From the NCBI GenBank assembly GCA_905199445.1, contig CAJKGK010000001.1:91059-155058 (forward strand): a stretch of 64,000 nucleotides of DNA. Direction: 5' to 3'. Source of the stretch: an uncultured Lachnospiraceae bacterium (GTDB lineage Bacteria; Bacillota; Clostridia; Lachnospirales; Lachnospiraceae). A program made the position numbers and the translations under genes. Shown piece by piece: positions 58,884 through 64,000 of the stretch (its first letter is position 1; the number at the start of each line of letters is the position of its first letter). The notes beneath the pieces are model-generated. The model was not told where the DNA came from and searched no databases. It saw only the letters and a program-made list of their open reading frames with translations.

Positions 58884-58922
58884 ATAAAAAATGGTATTGA
58901 AGTTTTTGCGACAATACCATTT
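58884..58922 (-). terminator. intrinsic terminator after lacI-family gene
   Basis: Perfect 10-bp stem AATGGTATTG/CAATACCATT, followed on the minus strand by TTTTTTATTT. Confidence 0.55.
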
Positions 58923-58953
58923 CTGCACGTCATATCATCTGAAGCCCCCAAAA

Positions 58954-59970
58954 TCACGGACATGCTTTGACGGTGGCTCTTTTAATAAAATTGTAATCCA
59001 CATACACATGACCATATGTTTTTTTATCCTTGATCATACGAAACAGCAGTTCACCGCCGATTCGCCCTGTCATATACGGAGACTGGGCCACGGTTGTCAG
59101 ACCACCATTGATATATTTAGCCGCCGGAATATCGTCAAAGCCCACAACAGACACATCATCCGGCACCTGAAGTCCTTTTTCATTGAGTGCCCGAATCACA
59201 CCAACAGCCATCAGGTCACTGGAACAAAAGATGGCCGTCATCCCCGGGCAGTTATCCAACAGCCGGAATGTAGCCTTATAGGCGCCTTCTTCGTCAAATT
59301 CACCGTTCTCAATCCACATATCATCGGTTTCAAGGCCTGCTTCCTCCATGGCCTGCAGATAGCCTCTGCGCCGGCGCTGTGAAACAGTGGCCGTCTCCTT
59401 ACCATTCATCATGGCAATCTTTTTATGTCCCAGGCCAATAAGATAATGAACCACATCATAGGCCGCCTTTGCATTATCGATGGAAAGGCCACAGACATTT
59501 TTGCTTTTATACTCCCCTTCCACAACAACACAGGGAATTTCGCTGTTCATCAGTTCCTTGTAATAAGGTTCATTGGTATTTAAACCTGAAATCAGTACAC
59601 CGTCAATATTTTTCTGACGGCACAGCTGTATGTAGCTAAGCTCACTCTGTCTGGCCGCATTTGTTGTCAAAATGATAAAATCAAAATCATGCTCCAGGGA
59701 AGCCTGATACATTCCACTGATCATACCGAAAACAAAACCACTTTCATCGGTTTCCACCAGACCAGATACAAGAAAGGCCAGGGTTTTCCTTGATCTCCCG
59801 CTTAAGGAGCGGGCATTGGCGTCCGGCATATAATTCAGCCGCCGGGCAATCTCCTGAATTTTCTTCTTTGTTTCAGGGTTTACATCACTGTACCCATTTA
59901 AAGCCTTGGAAACCGTTGTAATGGAAACTCCGGCTTCCCTGGCCACATCTCTTATACCTGCTCTTTTCAT
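58954..59970 (-). CDS. LacI family transcriptional regulator
   Basis: N-terminal HTH_LacI (GIRDVAREAGVSITTVSKALNG) plus a sugar-binding domain. Confidence 0.85.
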   Translation of the reverse strand: MKRAGIRDVAREAGVSITTVSKALNGYSDVNPETKKKIQEIARRLNYMPDANARSLSGRSRKTLAFLVSGLVETDESGFVFGMISGMYQASLEHDFDFIILTTNAARQSELSYIQLCRQKNIDGVLISGLNTNEPYYKELMNSEIPCVVVEGEYKSKNVCGLSIDNAKAAYDVVHYLIGLGHKKIAMMNGKETATVSQRRRRGYLQAMEEAGLETDDMWIENGEFDEEGAYKATFRLLDNCPGMTAIFCSSDLMAVGVIRALNEKGLQVPDDVSVVGFDDIPAAKYINGGLTTVAQSPYMTGRIGGELLFRMIKDKKTYGHVYVDYNFIKRATVKACP

Positions 59971-60140
59971 TTCAATTCACCTTTAATTCTTACTTACTTT
60001 AAAATAAATGCGCCAAAATTCTACATCCATTGAAAATCCTGTGCACTTTTTACACAATAAATATAATACTTTTTATATCTGTATACCTACAAATTATATC
60101 ATAACTTCATCTGATTTGATAATTGTCTATATTTGACGAA

Positions 60141-62003
60141 TTATTTGCCTGTTTCAGAGTCTTTAACCTGAAAATATACGGTATAAACTTCATTTCCGAT
60201 CTCATAGAGTGGTTTAAATTTCAAGCCTACCGGCTGATTCACAGTACGAAAAGCATTGTTCCATCCGCACCATTCCCGCTCTTCATCCACGGTCAGCATG
60301 GTCTGAGGCTGGCTGATATCTCCGTACAGCATATGTTCATGACTGCACAGACCGGCCAAAGCTACCGGACCATCCAGAAACGCCACTGTATCCGGCCGAT
60401 CCGGCAGCGCCTGAGTCCGCAGCTGTTTGGGCAGATGGATGCGTACCTGATCCTGATCCTTCCATGTCCTGCATATCTTCAAAAAACCCCGGTCGTCGGT
60501 CTGTCCGTCAAACGGCTGCCCATTGATCGTCATCACCGGTTTACCGCAAATCCATTCCGGTATACGGATACGAACCGTAAAGTCCACATCTGCCTCCGGG
60601 TCCTCAAGTCCGATTTTAAGCACAGTTTCAAAGGCTGAGGGCCGGGAAAAGTTCCCGCATGCCTCCGGCGTAATCCGGATTGTCTCTCCAGTTTCATTTC
60701 CTGCCACCTGTGTCACCGAAACTTTTTTCCCGTGAACAATCAGTTCTGTTTCCGAAGGCAGATACTGGGCCACAGTAAGCCCCTCCTGATCCTGATAATA
60801 AATGGCCCGATTATGAACGGCATTGGCCTGCAGCAGCGTACAATGGCAGCACCAGAAATCCTCGGTTTCAGATCCCCAGCGTTTTTGTGAGCCTGCCCCC
60901 AGCCCCAAATAATACGCCACCAGGCCCTGCTCCGGCTTTGGACTTTGTCTCAGTTGAAATATGTGATGAGATTCCCAATAGCCCTGGGCAAATATTCCGT
61001 TATAGAGATTTCTCTCCCAGTAATCTGCATACTTGCTTTCTCCGGTCCATCTAAACAAAAACTCTGCCAGCTGCATCATATGAAAAACAACGCAATGTTC
61101 CTGGGTCATCTTCCCCAGACGGGCCGACTGCATCATCGGCGGTGTCCATACCTCTCCGCTGCTCTGACCGCCGGTGACAAAAAACCCCCGCTCGTCCACA
61201 GCCAGACGCCAATAATTTTCCACAATCTTTCTATAACGTTCCTCTTTTGTCACCTCATAAGCCCTGGCTGCCCCCAAAATCTCAGGTACAGTTGTGTTGA
61301 CATGCATATTGGTCAGTACATCCTCTCCCCGAAGTAAAGGCTCAAACAGCCGCGGACGCTCGTATCTGCGCATCAGTTCAAGATGGCGTTCATCTTTAGT
61401 AACCGCATACAGGTTCGCCCAGTGCATCATCATTCCGCCGGTTTCCTGCAGATCCATCATGTCATCCATGAGTTCTCTGGAAATATCACTGGTATACGCA
61501 TAAAACCAGTCTCCGCACTTGAGTACAATGTCCAAAGCCTCTTGATTTCCTGCAAACAAATACATGTCCAAAAGGCCCATCATATTTTTATGGCACACAT
61601 ACTGAGGTGCCCATATATTTTTCTTACGCTTCAGCCAGTACAAATATTTCTCCGGAATTGGAAAAGCCCACTGACCGCCGTTTTCCTTCTGGCATCGTCC
61701 AATCTCTGACACCATAAAATCCGCCTGCTGTTTAATCTGCATATCTCCGGTCTGGGCATAAAGCAATGCCGCTCCGCTAAGCCAGTGCCCTGCAAAAGTT
61801 CCCCGGATCTCACTGGTAGGTGAATCCCACCCCCAGTGAATCCCTTCCGGCTTATATGAATAGGACATCAAGCCAGCCTCAAAATAATGGGAAAACAAAA
61901 TATTTTCCGGTTTCAGGCTAAGCATATAATTTTTATTTCTCTGCGTCCGACGCCACGCCTCCCCATCCAGCAAATGGGTGCTGCCTGCCAGTGAATGAAG
62001 CAT
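60141..62003 (-). CDS. GH127/DUF1680-family glycoside hydrolase (beta-L-arabinofuranosidase-like)
   Basis: 620 aa, length and overall sequence character of DUF1680 six-hairpin hydrolases. Family call is tentative. Confidence 0.6.
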   Translation of the reverse strand: MLHSLAGSTHLLDGEAWRRTQRNKNYMLSLKPENILFSHYFEAGLMSYSYKPEGIHWGWDSPTSEIRGTFAGHWLSGAALLYAQTGDMQIKQQADFMVSEIGRCQKENGGQWAFPIPEKYLYWLKRKKNIWAPQYVCHKNMMGLLDMYLFAGNQEALDIVLKCGDWFYAYTSDISRELMDDMMDLQETGGMMMHWANLYAVTKDERHLELMRRYERPRLFEPLLRGEDVLTNMHVNTTVPEILGAARAYEVTKEERYRKIVENYWRLAVDERGFFVTGGQSSGEVWTPPMMQSARLGKMTQEHCVVFHMMQLAEFLFRWTGESKYADYWERNLYNGIFAQGYWESHHIFQLRQSPKPEQGLVAYYLGLGAGSQKRWGSETEDFWCCHCTLLQANAVHNRAIYYQDQEGLTVAQYLPSETELIVHGKKVSVTQVAGNETGETIRITPEACGNFSRPSAFETVLKIGLEDPEADVDFTVRIRIPEWICGKPVMTINGQPFDGQTDDRGFLKICRTWKDQDQVRIHLPKQLRTQALPDRPDTVAFLDGPVALAGLCSHEHMLYGDISQPQTMLTVDEEREWCGWNNAFRTVNQPVGLKFKPLYEIGNEVYTVYFQVKDSETGK

Positions 62004-62103
62004 ATTTCCCCCGTTCTGGCAGCCTGAAAGCTGCCGATAATTTTAGATTATTTCTATTTTCTTTGATTACAGCTTATTTGTGTTTTTTCACAAGTCTCTG
62101 CGG

Positions 62104-64000
62104 TTAATATCTGTCAGCAGCCGGAAATTCCAGTGTATCTGCCAGCGTATATTCCTGATCATAAATCATCAAGTTCACGGCAGATCCCATTTCCAGGCTG
62201 AATACTGTTTTTTCCTTATCCACACTGACCTTGATATTACTTCCTCTGTAGTGAATTTTAAATGTATAGGCATTCCACTGTACCGGCAGGTACGGAGCAA
62301 AGCACAGACCTTTTTCCTTCAGTCTTAAACCGCCAAAGCCGTAAACAATGGCCATGTAATTGCCGCCCATGTTTGCCGTATGAATACCATCCTTTGTGTT
62401 ATGGTGCAGATTAAATAAATCCAGCTTAGCCGAATCTCCAAAATAGTCATACGCCTTTTCTTTCTCTCCCAGTTTGGAAGCCACAATACTGTAAATACAT
62501 GTGGACAAAGAGGAATCATGGGTTGTGACGGTTTCATAATAAGCAAAAGATTTCCGAATCGTTTCCAGATCCTGTGCATCCTCAAAAATGAAATGCGCCA
62601 AAACCGTATCCGCCTGTTTGCAAACCTGATATCTGTAAATATACAGTGGATGATAATGTAAAAGGAGAGGAAAATGGTCCTTTGGTGTCGCCTTGATGTC
62701 CCACTTTTCCTTCTGAAGGAAGGAATCATCCTGTGGATTAATTCCCAGTTCTTCATCATAGGGCAGATACATCTGTTCCTCGGCCTTTTTAAACCCGTTA
62801 ATTTCATCCTGAGTCAGTCCGATTTTTTCGGCCACCGGCTCAAGTAATCCGGCTTCGTTTAAAATTTCCCAGAAGCGAACCGCCCAATGAAGGTTATACT
62901 GAGCATTGGCATTGGTATAGTAATTATTATTAACAATACATGTATACTCATCCGGGCCGGTCACATCGTTAATCAAAAATCTGCCTTTGTGGAAATTACC
63001 TGTATCCATCCAAAGACGGGCAGTTTCAAATACAATTTCTGCACCCTTTGATGCAATATATTCCAAATCCAGAGTTGCCAGATAATAGGCCACGACCGCA
63101 TAAGCCACATCACCGTTAATATGATACTGTGCAGAACCGGATGGGAAATAGCCGGAACATTCCTTTCCCGAAATCGTACGCCACGGATAAAGGGCCCCCT
63201 TTTTGTGCCCTAAAATTTTTGCATTTTCTCTGGCTGCATCCAGAATTTCGTATCTGAAATCGATCAAATTTCTGGAAATATCCGGATTGGTCAGCGTAAA
63301 AAATGGCTGCATATACATCTCTGTATCCCAGAAATAATGACCTTCATAGCCCTCACCGGAAAGTCCCTTTGCCGCAATATTGCCAAATTTATCTCTGCCT
63401 GCGGACTGAATCAGCTGATACAGATTATAGCGCACCGCTGCTGCCAGCGCATCATCTCCGTCAATATCCAGGTCGGACTGCTGCCAGAATGTCTTTAAAT
63501 AGTCCTGCTGATATTCATACCATCGGGAGAGGGGCACGCAAAGAGCCTGCTCCATGGACGCTTTGGCCGCCTGAATACAGTCATCATGGCGCAGTGAATC
63601 GGTAAACACAGTATATTTTGTCAGCGTCACACTCTGGCCCTGAGATACAGAGCAGTCAATATTCCATGTGACACAATGACCTTCCTGTATCCTATTCATG
63701 GATGCAGGTACAGAACAGACATTTTTCACATAGGTACAAACCTGAAGTCCTGAACTGACAGTATCGGTTGTCAGCACCGAAGCACCCTCTCCGGGAATTT
63801 CAAGGTCATGGGGTTTTAAATGTACAAAGCTTTCACCGGCCACTCTGGGATCATTAGGGTTACAGTAATTTTTCACATCCCCGTTATGGACAGACTTAAA
63901 CGCAAGCGCTCCGGAAAAATTCAGAGCCTTTACCGTATACTCAATAGTAAACAATTCAAGCAGCTCAAAGGATGTCATACGGCGGATACAGATCTCAACC
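62104..64000 (-). CDS. second GH65 glycoside phosphorylase, 5'-truncated by window edge
   Basis: AKGLSGEGYEGHYFWDTE motif. The reading frame stays open upstream of the ATG at 63978 to the window end. The GH65 N-terminal domain looks incomplete inside the window. Confidence 0.8.
   Translation of the reverse strand, partial: VEICIRRMTSFELLELFTIEYTVKALNFSGALAFKSVHNGDVKNYCNPNDPRVAGESFVHLKPHDLEIPGEGASVLTTDTVSSGLQVCTYVKNVCSVPASMNRIQEGHCVTWNIDCSVSQGQSVTLTKYTVFTDSLRHDDCIQAAKASMEQALCVPLSRWYEYQQDYLKTFWQQSDLDIDGDDALAAAVRYNLYQLIQSAGRDKFGNIAAKGLSGEGYEGHYFWDTEMYMQPFFTLTNPDISRNLIDFRYEILDAARENAKILGHKKGALYPWRTISGKECSGYFPSGSAQYHINGDVAYAVVAYYLATLDLEYIASKGAEIVFETARLWMDTGNFHKGRFLINDVTGPDEYTCIVNNNYYTNANAQYNLHWAVRFWEILNEAGLLEPVAEKIGLTQDEINGFKKAEEQMYLPYDEELGINPQDDSFLQKEKWDIKATPKDHFPLLLHYHPLYIYRYQVCKQADTVLAHFIFEDAQDLETIRKSFAYYETVTTHDSSLSTCIYSIVASKLGEKEKAYDYFGDSAKLDLFNLHHNTKDGIHTANMGGNYMAIVYGFGGLRLKEKGLCFAPYLPVQWNAYTFKIHYRGSNIKVSVDKEKTVFSLEMGSAVNLMIYDQEYTLADTLEFPAADRY

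Noticed and set aside
62004-62103. Hairpin GGCAGC-CTGAAA-GCTGCC between GH127-like and GH65 genes as a terminator
   Set aside because: No U-tract follows on the transcribed (minus) strand. It is immediately upstream of the GH127 RBS and more likely a minor RNA structure within an operon.
1-64000. tRNA, rRNA, CRISPR arrays, integrases or transposases, and terminal inverted repeats
   Set aside because: Intergenic regions were scanned by eye. No cloverleaf-like GC-rich 70-90 nt segments, no repeat-spacer arrays, and no recombinase-like ORFs were seen. The accessory island has no recognisable mobility gene.

Overview
This 64 kb window from a low-GC Firmicutes (Clostridia-type) chromosome is almost entirely minus-strand coding. 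It carries the conserved housekeeping array ribF-truB-nrnA-rbfA-infB-ylxQ-ylxR-nusA-rimP at 0.3-8.7 kb, then polC-ispG-rseP-dxr-cdsA-uppS-frr-pyrH at 32-42.8 kb. In most Firmicutes polC is followed directly by rimP. Here about 23 kb of accessory DNA (8.95-32.07 kb) sits between them, with two modules. Module (a) is a glycan-utilisation locus: a GH78 rhamnosidase, a DUF4038/GH140-like hydrolase, an alpha/beta hydrolase, an LplABC-type ABC importer, a YesMN-like two-component system, and AraC and LacI regulators. Module (b) is a tightly coupled five-gene operon fused to the 3' end of polC. It encodes three paralogous roughly 75-95 aa helical proteins sharing a central W-[QD]-D-[EQ] motif (WXG100-like), a 252-aa coiled-coil protein with an N-terminal LxG-like motif, and a 1,467-aa soluble ATPase built from four FtsK/SpoIIIE-like domains, only the third of which keeps Walker A/B. 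No EssB/EsaA/EssA/YukD membrane components and no transmembrane or FHA region are present. This is the best candidate for an undescribed or atypical type-VII-like, or non-secretory derived, system. Downstream (42.9-48 kb) are an SGNH/SASA esterase, a rhomboid protease, a Nudix hydrolase, a PHP phosphatase, a membrane protein and an amidase. A second sugar locus (48.1-64 kb) has a GH36::beta-phosphoglucomutase in-frame fusion with an internal RBS, a GH65 phosphorylase, a GDE/GH63-like hydrolase, an ABC importer, a LacI regulator, a GH127-like protein and a second GH65 gene truncated by the window edge. No tRNA, rRNA, CRISPR array, integrase or transposase was found.
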